Source of the DNA: Patescibacteria group bacterium UBA6017
GTDB taxonomy: Bacteria > Patescibacteriota > Saccharimonadia > UBA4664
Reading direction: 5' to 3'
NCBI GenBank assembly: GCA_002429485.1
Contig: DIZX01000009.1
Coordinates: 5,461-69,460 of the forward strand
Length of the DNA: 64,000 bases
The number at the start of each line of letters is the position of its first letter. Position 1 is the stretch's first letter. This document shows, in pieces, positions 19,545 through 29,710 of this stretch. The notes under the pieces are model-generated. The model did not search any database and was not told the DNA's origin. It saw nothing but the letters and a program-made list of their open reading frames with translations. A program made the translations under genes and the position numbers.

Positions 19545-19577
19545 AAAAAACCGAGGCCGTGGGGCCTCGGTTTTTTG
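19545..19577. terminator. Intrinsic terminator
   Basis: AAAAAACCGAGGCC-GTGG-GGCCTCGGTTTTTT. Confidence 0.85.
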
Positions 19578-19591
19578 TTGCTAGTAAGAAA

Positions 19592-19795
19592 CTAGACTAC
19601 TGGACCGCTGAAAGTGTCCCAGGTTGCCTGGCTGACGAACTTGGTCAGATTGCGGCCTTGGTAGCTACCGCGCAGGGCGTAACGAACCTGGACTTTGCCG
19701 TCCTTGGTGGTTCGCTCGTATTTGGTCTTGGAAACGTCGCCATCCGGTACGTCGACTGACTCGCGGGTTTTGACATCGTAAAATGAAATACTCAT
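19592..19795 (-). CDS. Small basic protein, CC1/DUF5679-like
   Basis: 67 aa, FYDVK N-terminus, GAGG SD, own terminator. Confidence 0.65.
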   Translation of the reverse strand: MSISFYDVKTRESVDVPDGDVSKTKYERTTKDGKVQVRYALRGSYQGRNLTKFVSQATWDTFSGPVV

Positions 19796-19894
19796 GGGCT
19801 GTTTGACCTCGTTTCTTAAGTGTTTGAACTATAGGCTAGTCAGATACGCGTTGTCAAACCTGTTAGCCTTCCCAGAGGCTCAAACGGGCCATTC

Positions 19895-21349
19895 CTATCT
19901 GTTGAGCAGGTCGCTGGCCGCCTGAAGCCGTTTGAGGCAGATCTCGCGTCCGAGGACGCGCAGGGTCTCAAATAAGCCCGGGGCCGCTTTCTTGCCGGTG
20001 GTGGCAACGCGGATGGCCGAGAACAGGGTTCCGGGTTTGACGTCCAGGTCTGCGGCGAGTTGACGGAGCCAGGTTTCGAGCTGTTCGATACTAAAATCCG
20101 AACTCTTGAGAGCGTCACGGGCTTTATCCAGCTGCTGGGTGAAGCTAGGGCTCCCATAGCGGCTAGAGTGAGCTTCGGCTTCCAGGGCGCCATCGGTGTA
20201 GGTTGGGTCGGTAAAAAAGAAATCGGTGAGTTCGGGGAGTTCGGCGAGGAACTTGAGTCGTTCTTGGACGAGCTCCAGGGCTTGTAGGCGGTACTCGAGG
20301 CTGAATGTGCGGGCATCTGGGGGCCAGAAGGCTTCAGAACGCTCGAGAAGGCTCTCTAGGGGCATCTCGCGGATGAGCTTGCCGTTGATCCAGGTGAGGC
20401 GCTCCAGGTCGAACATAGCCGGGCTTTTTTGGATACGCTCCAGGGTAAATTTTTGGATGAGCTCTTCGGGAGAGTAAATTTCCTGAGTCGTGCCGTCGTT
20501 CCAGCCGAGAGAGGCTAAAAAGCTCATGAGGGCTTCGGGTAGATAGCCTTCGTCGATGTACTCCCCTACCGACTGGGCGCCGTCGCGTTTAGAGAGCTTC
20601 TTTTTGCCATCGGGTCCTTGAACTGGAGGCAGATGAGCGTAAACTGGCTCATTCCAGCCAAAAGCCGCGAATAACAAGATGTGTTTTGGCGTGCTCGGTA
20701 CCCATTCATCGGCGCGCAAGACGTGGCTGATTTCCATGAGATGGTCGTCGACGACGTTGGCGAAGTGGTAGGTGGGGTATCCGTCGGATTTGAGCGCCAC
20801 GAAGTCGTCGAGCTCGGTGATTTTGAACTCCAAATGGCCGCGCACGGCATCGTCCCAGCCGACAACGGCGGGTGTTTCGGGAATCTTGAAGCGCAGCACG
20901 TGCGGGTCGGATTCGGACTTGTGATTCTCGGATTTGATGCAGAAACGGTCGTATTTGAAGGCTACGCCGGCCTTCTGGGCAGCGGTGCGCAAGGCGTCGA
21001 GCCGCTCAGAGGTACACCAACAGCGATAGAGGGCGCCGGATTCGAGAAGTTTGTCGGCGTGCGATTTGTAGATATCCAGGCGTTCGGATTGCAAATAGGG
21101 GCCATACTTCCCGCCCTGGCGCGGGCCTTCGTCCGGCGCGATGCCGAGAGCTTCGAGGCTGTCGTTGATCTGCTCTACAGCATCATCGACGAGGCGGGCG
21201 CGGTCGGTATCCTCGATGCGCAGCACGAACACACCGCCGGTATGACGGGCCCAGAGCCAGTTAAATAGCCCGGAGCGGATGCTCCCGACATGGAGATAGC
21301 CGGTGGGGCTGGGGGCGAAGCGGACGCGTGCAGGACTAGACATAGGCAT
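19895..21349 (-). CDS. gltX: Glutamate--tRNA ligase
   Basis: RFAPSPTGYLHVG, LRIEDTD, KKLSKR. Confidence 0.97.
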   Translation of the reverse strand: MPMSSPARVRFAPSPTGYLHVGSIRSGLFNWLWARHTGGVFVLRIEDTDRARLVDDAVEQINDSLEALGIAPDEGPRQGGKYGPYLQSERLDIYKSHADKLLESGALYRCWCTSERLDALRTAAQKAGVAFKYDRFCIKSENHKSESDPHVLRFKIPETPAVVGWDDAVRGHLEFKITELDDFVALKSDGYPTYHFANVVDDHLMEISHVLRADEWVPSTPKHILLFAAFGWNEPVYAHLPPVQGPDGKKKLSKRDGAQSVGEYIDEGYLPEALMSFLASLGWNDGTTQEIYSPEELIQKFTLERIQKSPAMFDLERLTWINGKLIREMPLESLLERSEAFWPPDARTFSLEYRLQALELVQERLKFLAELPELTDFFFTDPTYTDGALEAEAHSSRYGSPSFTQQLDKARDALKSSDFSIEQLETWLRQLAADLDVKPGTLFSAIRVATTGKKAAPGLFETLRVLGREICLKRLQAASDLLNR

Positions 21350-21382
21350 AATTATAGCGCGTAGCGAGCGTTTGGGGTAGCG

Positions 21383-21721
21383 CTAGAAGCCGAGGACGCT
21401 AGGGTCGATAGTTTCCCATTCGGTTCCGGCTTCGCGGTACAGGTTGGTCCGGAAACTCACTTCGTTGACGTCGTAGACATTCTCGACGCGAGTACTCGAT
21501 CCGGCGCGGCGGGCGCCCATGGTTTTGCGATCAACGATGGCGGGGCCCTGGATGCGCTCGAGTTTGAGCTTTTCGCCTTCTCGGCTAAATACTACGTATG
21601 AGACGAATTCGGTGAGGTCGGGTGCGTCCTCCATTTGGCGTTTGGCTCGTCCGTGGTCGATGAGTCCGAATTTCTGTTCGATGGCGTCTACTATGCGGTC
21701 CCAGGTGCGGTCGTCTTGCAT
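21383..21721 (-). CDS. Hypothetical protein
   Basis: 112 aa ORF with GGGAG SD, co-oriented with neighbours. Confidence 0.7.
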   Translation of the reverse strand: MQDDRTWDRIVDAIEQKFGLIDHGRAKRQMEDAPDLTEFVSYVVFSREGEKLKLERIQGPAIVDRKTMGARRAGSSTRVENVYDVNEVSFRTNLYREAGTEWETIDPSVLGF

Positions 21722-21788
21722 GGTGCTCCCCTATTTGATTGCCTCTAGCCTAACACATTTTTCTCGGCGTGGTCGGCGCAGTTGATTC

Positions 21789-22874
21789 CTAGAGGCTGTA
21801 GGCAATTTTGAGGATTTGTTCGCGGCTGAGACGGCTGGCGCCTTCGATGCTATACCAGATGCCGTGGTTGACCCAGGTAACGTGGTTATTATTGAATAGG
21901 TAGATGGTGAGGCCCTGGCCTTGCACGGTCGCATAGTCATCGGTATTTTTGGCGACAAAGTTATCAAGTAGCGAGCTGGAATCCCACGTGGTGCGGGCTT
22001 GGGCGATCTTGAGAGCTTCGCTGGCACTGGGGCTGGTGAAATTAAGGGTAACCAGGCCAGGGCTGGTATCGGTGGTTTTAAGGTTATAGCTCGAAGGCAG
22101 GAAGGATGGCATCGACGCGGACAGGCCGGCTTTGTTGTTGGCACTTTGGAGGGCGAGTTTGGGATAGTTCTGAAGCCAGATGTAGCCACCCATGAGCACG
22201 ACGGCCGCGGCCGTGGCCAGATTGCGGCTATTGTGCGGACTGAGATCGAGGTGCGGCCGCATAGATGGGCTGGCGGTGGCTTTGGCGGGCGTGACGGCAG
22301 CTACGGGTGCGCCGGCAACGAGGTGAGCCATGGCTTCGTGGTGAGTAGCTGCGAGCTTGGGTAGTTCGGGGAGGGTTTCGGGGGCGGTAGCGGCCGGGGC
22401 TACAGGCAGAGCCGACGGCTTATCGGAGGCAAATTTGTTGATACTCGTGCTGCGGGCGATCTGGCGGGCCTGCTCGAAGCGATCGGTGAACCTGGCCTCG
22501 TGGCGGGCGTGCGTGGTGGAATGGGGTGCGGCGGCCGGAGTGTCGTGAATGGGTTGCGGAGTATGGTGAGATTCGGATAGGCTAGCCGGCGCTGAGCGTA
22601 AATCCAGAACCCGCGATGGCTTGGCCCGAGCGTGGAGAGCCTCAGCGCTGGCCGCCCGAGCGTGGGCCAGAGGTAGTTTCTTGGGCAAAGGTTTGCCGGC
22701 TATGGCGGCGTTGGTGCGGCTGCGCGGGGAGAGATCCAGCGACAGTCGGTGAGCCGCAGAGCGCGGCTTATCGGCGTCCGGACCCGTAGCTGACCCGCAG
22801 ATACCACAATATATCTGCCCACCGATCTTAACTGGCGACGTATCGCGCTGGCATACCGAACAATTCGTCATCAT
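21789..22874 (-). CDS. Zn-ribbon / low-complexity linker / TM / DUF4367-like protein
   Basis: N-terminal CxxC...CxxC, Ala/Pro/His-rich linker, TM, PSFLPSSY...W...GIWYSI...LSREQILKIA.SL. Confidence 0.7.
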   Translation of the reverse strand: MMTNCSVCQRDTSPVKIGGQIYCGICGSATGPDADKPRSAAHRLSLDLSPRSRTNAAIAGKPLPKKLPLAHARAASAEALHARAKPSRVLDLRSAPASLSESHHTPQPIHDTPAAAPHSTTHARHEARFTDRFEQARQIARSTSINKFASDKPSALPVAPAATAPETLPELPKLAATHHEAMAHLVAGAPVAAVTPAKATASPSMRPHLDLSPHNSRNLATAAAVVLMGGYIWLQNYPKLALQSANNKAGLSASMPSFLPSSYNLKTTDTSPGLVTLNFTSPSASEALKIAQARTTWDSSSLLDNFVAKNTDDYATVQGQGLTIYLFNNNHVTWVNHGIWYSIEGASRLSREQILKIAYSL

Positions 22875-22931
22875 CGACCATTATTATTATGCTTATGTTA
22901 CAACACTACGAGCAGCCTTGGAATAGGCAGT

Positions 22932-23780
22932 TTAGAGAGTTCGCCAAATTCGATAGATAAAACGCGGGATGGCGAGCTGACGAACGATTCGGTGTGGCTC
23001 GAGCGCCAACCGCCACAGCCATTCGAGGCCGCTGCGTTGGACTGCAACGGGTGCTTTGCGCCGGCGGCCGCCGAAACTATCGTAGTCGAAGGTGCCGCCC
23101 TCGCCGATAAGTATTCCATGCGGCAGAAGGGTCGAGAGTTGGGCGCAAACCTGCTCTTGGAGCGGAAAGCCCATGCCGACGAGGATAAGCTCGGCATTGG
23201 CGGCCGTTAGTCGGTCGGCGGTTTGAGTGATCCAATCCTGGCTAACCGCGCCGTGTGGGCTAGAGGTGTCGCGCCCGGAGAGGGTTCCGGCAATAATTAT
23301 ATTGGGGATTTCACGAACAATTGTGGTGGCAACGAGCTCAATCTCGGCGGGGCTTTCCTTGCCGATCAGGTACACGCGGACATTTTTGGCAGCGGCAGCG
23401 CGCAGCAACGGCCAGGTGAAACTGATACCGGCGGCACGCTGAGGTACCGGCCAGCATAGATTGGCTGGCGCGGTTACTATCTGGGCGAGAGTCAAAAGCA
23501 GGCGCAGCAGAGTTCTGGGACCGGCGTAAAGGTAATGTGCTGCCCATAGCACGGCCACACCATCGGCGATTGAAAGCTCGGCGTTATTGAGCAGCGTGGC
23601 GAGCTCGGGTTTGCTGTAGGCCTTATCGAGGAACTCAACGTAGGGCTTAATGACGTATCCGGCGGGTTTGGTCGGGTCGGACGAATTATCGCAGATGTAG
23701 CTGATGGCTTCGGCGAGGCTGATCACGTCGATACTTACACCGAGAAGGTCGACTTTATCGTATAGCTGCTGCTTAGACAT
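22932..23780 (-). CDS. WecB/TagA/CpsF glycosyltransferase
   Basis: ADGVAV, VGMGFPLQE, GEGGTFD, APVAVQRSGLEWLWRL..EP.R. Confidence 0.9.
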   Translation of the reverse strand: MSKQQLYDKVDLLGVSIDVISLAEAISYICDNSSDPTKPAGYVIKPYVEFLDKAYSKPELATLLNNAELSIADGVAVLWAAHYLYAGPRTLLRLLLTLAQIVTAPANLCWPVPQRAAGISFTWPLLRAAAAKNVRVYLIGKESPAEIELVATTIVREIPNIIIAGTLSGRDTSSPHGAVSQDWITQTADRLTAANAELILVGMGFPLQEQVCAQLSTLLPHGILIGEGGTFDYDSFGGRRRKAPVAVQRSGLEWLWRLALEPHRIVRQLAIPRFIYRIWRTL

Positions 23781-25053
23781 AATCCGTCCTTGAGGGTAGC
23801 CCCGCTGCGGCCCCGGCGCTGATCCAGACAATGAGGGCGGTGCTGGAGTCGGCCCAGGCTGGCAGTACAAGACTGACGAGGCAAATGCCGGCGATGGCGC
23901 AGGCGGAGGCTATGGCTAGCGGGTGGCCGGTGTGACGGCGCAGCAGTGAGTATGCGAGCAGGCCGATGACGGCGATTAGCAATATGAGTCCCAGGATGCC
24001 GGCTTCGAATCCGACTTGCAGATAGTAGTTTTCGATAATATTGCCATTGCCGGCATGGAAGGTGGCGGGGCCGGCGGTTCCCAGGCCATGGCCGAGTGGA
24101 TCCTTGAGGGTGGCCGCAGCGCCTTGTTCGAGCGATTTGGCGTGCTGAGCGTCGGATAGATTGGCTTGATCGTGGGTGGCGACGCTCGAATGCAAGAGGA
24201 GATATTGCAAGGGGCCACCACCGGTGAGAATGAGCGGCAAGGCGAGCAAGGCGCCCATTGCCACTACGGCGCTGCCGATAACAAACCAGCGTCTCAGGTG
24301 CGAAGCCAGAATGATAAAACCTGTCAGAATGATGGCCAGGAGTGCTCCCAGCCAGGCGGCCCGCGACTGGGTATTAATGAGGCTGACTATAGCGGCAGCG
24401 ACGAGTACCCAGAGATGGTGACGGTGATATTTGAGAGCCAGAATCAGGCTGAGGCAAAGCGGCAGGATGAGATAGGTTCCGAGCTGGTTTGGACCCCCGA
24501 GGGTCCCGGGAAAGCGCAGAGCGTTGGTACCGACAGCGATGTGCTGGAAGGGCAGGATTGTTTGTGGGCCGTAGCCAAAGTGAGTGAGGAAATCGGGGGG
24601 GAGTAGAAAGATTAGCGCCAGGTCGATACCGACTGCCAGGCTGGCGCTAACCAGTACTGTCACAATGACGCGGCGGGCGAATTCGGGGGGGGCAACGATA
24701 AGGGCAATTATGCCGGCAAGCAGAAACTCCATATCGGTTTTGAGGCCGAAGGCAATGGCCGTCAGCGGCGGTCGGGTGAGGATGGTGACTAGAATAGCGA
24801 CGACGGCAAAGGCAGCAGCGGCCACGACCCAGGGTTCGCGCAGAATTTTTAGCCGTTTTGGCTCGCTCCAGATGAGCACTGCCGCGGCCGCCGTTAACGC
24901 GATAAGTAAAACTTCTTTCCAGGCCTGGATGATGGCTTGGTGATGGGTTAGGCTGCCTAGCCACACACTGAGGAAGGCGTGGAAGGGCATGATGGCGAGG
25001 ATTAGGAGTAGGCCCCATTGGATGAGGCGTTCTAATTTGGTTGGTCCGGGCAT
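23773..25053 (-). CDS. O-antigen ligase/polymerase (Wzy_C-like) membrane protein
   Basis: Many TM; RFPGTLGGPNQLG, SRAAWLG, PLGHGLG, ENYYLQ..E.G. Confidence 0.85.
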   Translation of the reverse strand: MPGPTKLERLIQWGLLLILAIMPFHAFLSVWLGSLTHHQAIIQAWKEVLLIALTAAAAVLIWSEPKRLKILREPWVVAAAAFAVVAILVTILTRPPLTAIAFGLKTDMEFLLAGIIALIVAPPEFARRVIVTVLVSASLAVGIDLALIFLLPPDFLTHFGYGPQTILPFQHIAVGTNALRFPGTLGGPNQLGTYLILPLCLSLILALKYHRHHLWVLVAAAIVSLINTQSRAAWLGALLAIILTGFIILASHLRRWFVIGSAVVAMGALLALPLILTGGGPLQYLLLHSSVATHDQANLSDAQHAKSLEQGAAATLKDPLGHGLGTAGPATFHAGNGNIIENYYLQVGFEAGILGLILLIAVIGLLAYSLLRRHTGHPLAIASACAIAGICLVSLVLPAWADSSTALIVWISAGAAAGLPSRTDYV

Positions 25054-25159
25054 TCCGTTGGTTTTGCTCACGAACGCGATCCTTTTGCTAATTTCATTAC
25101 GTGATAGAACCGGCGCTCGCTGCAACCACCGGGATACCCTTTACCTACAGCCTGATTTG

Positions 25160-26164
25160 TCATTTTACCGCGACGAGGCTCCGCTTGTACTCTTCGAGGT
25201 TGTCGAGGGCGATGCCGGTGCCGCGGGCCACACAGAGTAGGGGCTCTTCGGCGACTACACAAGGGACGCCGGTGACTTGGGTGAGCATTTTATCGAGGTT
25301 CTGGAGAAGCGCTCCCCCGCCGGTGAGCACCATGCCGCGGTCGATAATGTCGGAGGATAGCTCGGGCGGGGTTTGCTCGAGGACTACTCGAATGGCTTGA
25401 ATGATCTTTTCGAGTTCGTCGGTGATGGCGCCGTTGATTTCATTGGCGTGGATAGTAATGGTTTTGGGTAAGCCCGCTACGATGTCGCGGCCGCGGATTT
25501 CCATGGATTTGTCGCGGGTGAGCATGAGGGCGGTGCCCAAGGTGATTTTGATGTGTTCGGCGGTGCGGTCTCCGACGGCGAGGCCGTAGGTGCGGCGAAT
25601 GTACTCGGCGATGGCATTGTCGAAGCGGTTGCCGCCCACGCGGATGCTGTGCTGGGCCACGACGCCGCCGAGGCTCAAGATGGCTATTTCGGTGGTGCCG
25701 CCGCCAATGTCGACTACCATGTTGCCGGCGGCACTGGCGATCGGAATACCGGCGCCAATGGCCGCGGCCACGGGCTCGCGGATGATGTAGGCGGCGCGGG
25801 CGCCCGCGGCCAGAGTGGCGTCAATCACGGCGCGGCGCTCGGTGCTGGTGGCGCCGGCGGGCACGCACACCATCACATCGGGGCGGCTGAGGCGGAACCC
25901 GCCTGAAACTTTGCCGATGTAGTGGCGGATCATGGCTGAGGTGATGCGGTAGTCGGCAATCACGCCGTCGCGCAGCGGCCTCGAGGCGGTAATTGAGTCG
26001 GGGGTGCGGCCGAGCATTTCTTTGGCCTCGGCGCCGATGGCCACAATCTTGTTGGTGTCGTCGATGGCCACCACGCTGGGCTCATTAATAACAATCCCCC
26101 GCTTGGGGACGTAGACGAGCACGTTGGCTGTGCCGAGGTCGATAGCAATGCGCTTGGAAAACAT
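25160..26164 (-). CDS. mreB: Rod shape-determining protein MreB/Mbl
   Basis: IDLGTAN, EPSVVA, VVDIGGGTTE, LTGGGALL. Confidence 0.96.
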   Translation of the reverse strand: MFSKRIAIDLGTANVLVYVPKRGIVINEPSVVAIDDTNKIVAIGAEAKEMLGRTPDSITASRPLRDGVIADYRITSAMIRHYIGKVSGGFRLSRPDVMVCVPAGATSTERRAVIDATLAAGARAAYIIREPVAAAIGAGIPIASAAGNMVVDIGGGTTEIAILSLGGVVAQHSIRVGGNRFDNAIAEYIRRTYGLAVGDRTAEHIKITLGTALMLTRDKSMEIRGRDIVAGLPKTITIHANEINGAITDELEKIIQAIRVVLEQTPPELSSDIIDRGMVLTGGGALLQNLDKMLTQVTGVPCVVAEEPLLCVARGTGIALDNLEEYKRSLVAVK

Positions 26165-26232
26165 AATCCTAGTATAGGGGCTAGAAGCCTCACTCCCAAA
26201 TGAGAATCTGTTATACTTGGGCTCACAAGTTC

Positions 26233-27627
26233 ATGCTACGACGAATCATAATTATTTTTGGCTATATTTCTCTCGTGCTCACGATAGTGGTGTTCACGGC
26301 GGGTTTGGTTGCCTACGGAAATGACTACGCGTACGACTTTGGCACTCATCGGATTATTCAAAAAGGGCACGTAATTATCGATTCGCTGCCCAGCGGCGTG
26401 CAGATCACCGAGGACGGCAAGGTTCTCAAAAAGAAAACCCCATACCAGGCAGCGTATAAGGTAGGTGAACATACTTTCGGTCTGGCTAAGGATGGTTTTT
26501 GGCCATGGCAAAAGGTGTTAAAAGTGGTCGCGGGACGCGTGACATTGGCTAACTACGTCATATTTGTACCCAAGCAGCCGGTCACGACCGTGCTGGATTC
26601 CAAGCTGCAGATCACCGCTCAGTCGATAAGCAAGGATCACCGGCACCTGGCGTATATCACGGGCGGCACGGATCCAGCGGTTTATACCATCGATATTGGC
26701 AGTAAAAAGGTCGTAAAGCTGTATTCTCCCAAGGCAGCTGCCCCGCCAGCGCCGGCTGAGGTTCTGCGGGATGTGTCCTGGTCGGATGATTCGTCGCACT
26801 TGCTGCTAGTCTCGGACATTGGCGGTCAACCAACGCATCGACTCGCGGCCGCAGCGGGTGACGCTGAGCCGGTTAATCTTACTCAATCATTCGGATTTAA
26901 CCTGACCGGATTGAAGTTCTCGGGTTCAAATTGGCGGCAGTTGTACTGGATTTCGCCCGACGGCCTTCGTCGTCTGGATGCGGGTTCGAATACCGTCTCT
27001 GGCGTGCTGGCCGACAAGCTTACTCAATTTTGGATAGAAAACGATCGAGTGTTGTATACGGCTCAGACCGATCTGGGGCGGTCGCTGTGGAGCCTTGATT
27101 CGAAGGATAAGCGTCAGGAGCTAATCCAGGCTCTGGTGGATAGTGATTCGTACGATGTGGGATTAACTCGCTACAACGGTGAAGATGAACTGGCGGTAGT
27201 ACCGTCAAAAACCGGTATAGCTACGCTGTATTCGGGTATTTTTGGGGATACCCCGGTGGCAAAGGTTGTCGCTAAGGGTGTTACGGGCGTGAGCTTTTCG
27301 CCGGACGGACATCAGCTGGCCCTGACATCGCCTACGGTTATGAGTGTGTACGATCTGGAGCGCTCGTTTGTAGATAACAGTTTTGTGCTATATACCCTAC
27401 CCAGCCAAGCAGGTACATTAACTTCGATGAATTGGTTCGACAGTTCCCATATCTTGGCAGTTCGCGATGGCGTGCTGTACTGGAGTGAATATGACGGAGC
27501 AAACAGCGTGAATCTGGGTAAGACCTACGGAGTATTGCCCGCATACGTGAGCTCAGATACCAGGTCTATCCTGCTGTATCGTCCTTCTGAGACAGAAGTG
27601 AAAATCATGGAACTGCAAATTCGCTAA
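26233..27627 (+). CDS. PEGA-domain plus beta-propeller membrane-anchored protein
   Basis: N-terminal TM, IDSLPSG...TP...KDGF.PW.K (PEGA), repeats like WSDDS and FSPDG. Confidence 0.75.
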   Translation: MLRRIIIIFGYISLVLTIVVFTAGLVAYGNDYAYDFGTHRIIQKGHVIIDSLPSGVQITEDGKVLKKKTPYQAAYKVGEHTFGLAKDGFWPWQKVLKVVAGRVTLANYVIFVPKQPVTTVLDSKLQITAQSISKDHRHLAYITGGTDPAVYTIDIGSKKVVKLYSPKAAAPPAPAEVLRDVSWSDDSSHLLLVSDIGGQPTHRLAAAAGDAEPVNLTQSFGFNLTGLKFSGSNWRQLYWISPDGLRRLDAGSNTVSGVLADKLTQFWIENDRVLYTAQTDLGRSLWSLDSKDKRQELIQALVDSDSYDVGLTRYNGEDELAVVPSKTGIATLYSGIFGDTPVAKVVAKGVTGVSFSPDGHQLALTSPTVMSVYDLERSFVDNSFVLYTLPSQAGTLTSMNWFDSSHILAVRDGVLYWSEYDGANSVNLGKTYGVLPAYVSSDTRSILLYRPSETEVKIMELQIR

Positions 27628-27635
27628 CGCAGGCG

Positions 27636-28697
27636 CTATTTGATTGCCGGCAGAGTACTGGGGCTTGAGGCTGAGGGCGATGGGCTCGCGGAGGGCTTGC
27701 CGCCGATTGCCGATGAGATGCTCGAGGTAATGCTCTTCCAGGCACCGGCGAGAGAGTCGAGGAAACTGTTTGAGGAGCTGCTGGGCAGCGTGCCGGCCGA
27801 TGTTGCGGCCGGAGTGGGCGCTACGACTACGGTTGAGCTTGGAGCGGGGCTGGTTTGCTTGGCGGTCACTACCAGGCGGCGAAGTGAGGTTCCGGGTGGC
27901 GTGCAAGTGATGAGGGTGAGGGTTGGCGTGGCGGTGGGATTGAGGACGCCGACGTCGGTGGGCTCCACGACCTGGCTGCCGGTAACTTCGTAGGTGTAGC
28001 GCTTGGATTGATAGTCGAGGGTGAGTTGATCGCCAGGTGCTAGCTTATCGAGCAGAACGAAAACGAATTTATAATTGCCCGGCTCCCACCAGTCGTTCGA
28101 GGAGTGGCCGAAGATGGCGACATTGCCGTTTTGGCCCGGGACGGCCGTGTTGCCGTAGTGCACCACCCCATTTTGGAGGGCGGCCTGAACGGAGGCTTCC
28201 TGGATGCTCGGCTCGTAGACTACCGGAGCGTGGACATTAATCTTGGGGATGGTAATGGTATTATCGGCGGGTACGGCCTCGGTAATCGGTGCGGTGACGA
28301 CGGCCTGGGGTTTGTTGCCGAAACTGTACTGAAGCTGATTGATGATCACCGGGGCTTTGAATAGTGCCAAAACTAGGATAAAGACCCCGGCTGCGGTGAG
28401 TATAGGTGTCAGTACCGGCGGGAGCTTGCGGCCCCGCACTAGTGGCTTGTGGTAGCTGATTTTGGCCAACTTGGCCTTGTCGATAATCAGATCGGCAGTG
28501 GGTGTGGCGGGGACCAATTCGGGGTGCGGCAGCGGATGATTCTCGGGCAAGGCGGCAATGCGCGCCCTCGCAGCATCGGCGGCGAAGATATCGTTTATCT
28601 GCTCCGGGAGTACCTCGGGATGCTCTACTTGAGCAATCGGGTACTCCTTGCGAAGCCGAATCGAGCCGATATTTAGGGTGTCTGGATTCTCTGCCAT
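27636..28697 (-). CDS. Sortase
   Basis: IPKI, GVVHY...PG..GN..IFGHS, TLITC.P....RLVV. Confidence 0.92.
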   Translation of the reverse strand: MAENPDTLNIGSIRLRKEYPIAQVEHPEVLPEQINDIFAADAARARIAALPENHPLPHPELVPATPTADLIIDKAKLAKISYHKPLVRGRKLPPVLTPILTAAGVFILVLALFKAPVIINQLQYSFGNKPQAVVTAPITEAVPADNTITIPKINVHAPVVYEPSIQEASVQAALQNGVVHYGNTAVPGQNGNVAIFGHSSNDWWEPGNYKFVFVLLDKLAPGDQLTLDYQSKRYTYEVTGSQVVEPTDVGVLNPTATPTLTLITCTPPGTSLRRLVVTAKQTSPAPSSTVVVAPTPAATSAGTLPSSSSNSFLDSLAGAWKSITSSISSAIGGKPSASPSPSASSPSTLPAIK

Positions 28698-28805
28698 GAT
28701 TGTTTGCCGTATATGTTCTATGATATCTTGTGTTACGTAGTAATACCAAGCGCGGGCATTACAATAGCACTTTATACCATATAAATACGCTCCAATCAAT
28801 ACTTA

Positions 28806-28891
28806 GCCGCTGTGGTGGAATGGTAGACACAAGGGACTCAAAATCCCTCGACTTCACGGTCATGTCGGTTCGACTCCGACCAGCGGTACCA
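28806..28891 (+). tRNA. tRNA-Leu(CAA)
   Basis: GCCGCTG/CAGCGGT stem, AGGGA-CTCAAAA-TCCCT anticodon arm, long variable arm, GGTTCGACTCC, CCA. Confidence 0.95.
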
Positions 28892-28905
28892 TTGAACTTA
28901 TGTTT

Positions 28906-28929
28906 AACAGACCCGAACGGTCTGTTTTC
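28906..28929 (+). terminator. Terminator after tRNA-Leu
   Basis: AACAGACC-CGAAC-GGTCTGTT followed by Ts. Confidence 0.65.
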
Positions 28930-29019
28930 AATTTATTACTCCTGGAGATAAAACAAGCGCGCCTCGCTCACTGGCGCCTGAACGGCAGAAGTGAGCGAGG
29001 CGATGGCGCCAGATATTCT

Positions 29020-29427
29020 CTAGCGCCGGGTGAAGCGAGACCACCAGTGGCGGATCGGTGTCGGCTCGAGTCCGGAAGGCACCTTGACGCTGAAGCTCAC
29101 CCCACAGCCATCTGAGTGAATGGGCCAACCTGGGTGTTTCCTGTTGCATCTGCACTCGACGTTGACTTTGATCCATCTCGGCGCCGGGACGGGTCGGTTG
29201 CGGCGGGTTCTCTTGGAGATCGTGGACTTTGCGAAGTACCCGAAGCCGTCAAACCGGTGCCCGCACCTTGGGCAGGGGCCTTGAACATGCGCATCGACAA
29301 AACGGCCAGAGGTACTGACCTGATGCGTCAGTTTGCCATCCGTCAACATCTGCTGGGCCTTCACGGTCCATGCATCGTTGCAAGTCGGCTCAAACGGCAC
29401 GGTTGCGGTTTTGATGGGCTCTTCCAT
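29020..29427 (-). CDS. Putative zinc-binding protein
   Basis: GGAGGT SD and TTGACA promoter; CPRCGH...CRC...H...GCG. Confidence 0.65.
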   Translation of the reverse strand: MEEPIKTATVPFEPTCNDAWTVKAQQMLTDGKLTHQVSTSGRFVDAHVQGPCPRCGHRFDGFGYFAKSTISKRTRRNRPVPAPRWIKVNVECRCNRKHPGWPIHSDGCGVSFSVKVPSGLEPTPIRHWWSRFTRR

Positions 29428-29587
29428 AATGCTGTTACCTCCATCTGGTGGGCGTATAGGCACGAAAGCTATTGTCAGTCTATACAACAATGGATTGTTT
29501 TGTCAAGTATTATAAGGGCTCTGATTACGATGGCTAACCGAGCTATGTAGAGTTAGGTGGCGGGATATCTCATCATTCCCCTATGCT

Positions 29588-29637
29588 TCTCTCGTATTTC
29601 GTTACGAACATCTGAGACTGTGGTGTACAAATGAACT
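29588..29637 (+). repeat. att-like scar, copy A
   Basis: 38/50 ungapped identity to 31595-31644; 3' end resembles tRNA-Leu end/trailer GTACCATTGAACT. Confidence 0.65.
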
Positions 29638-29710
29638 CACTACAAAATACCGACGAACAGCATTAGAGCCGCCCAAAGACGGCTCTAATGCGTCCATAGG
29701 CGGCTCGATT

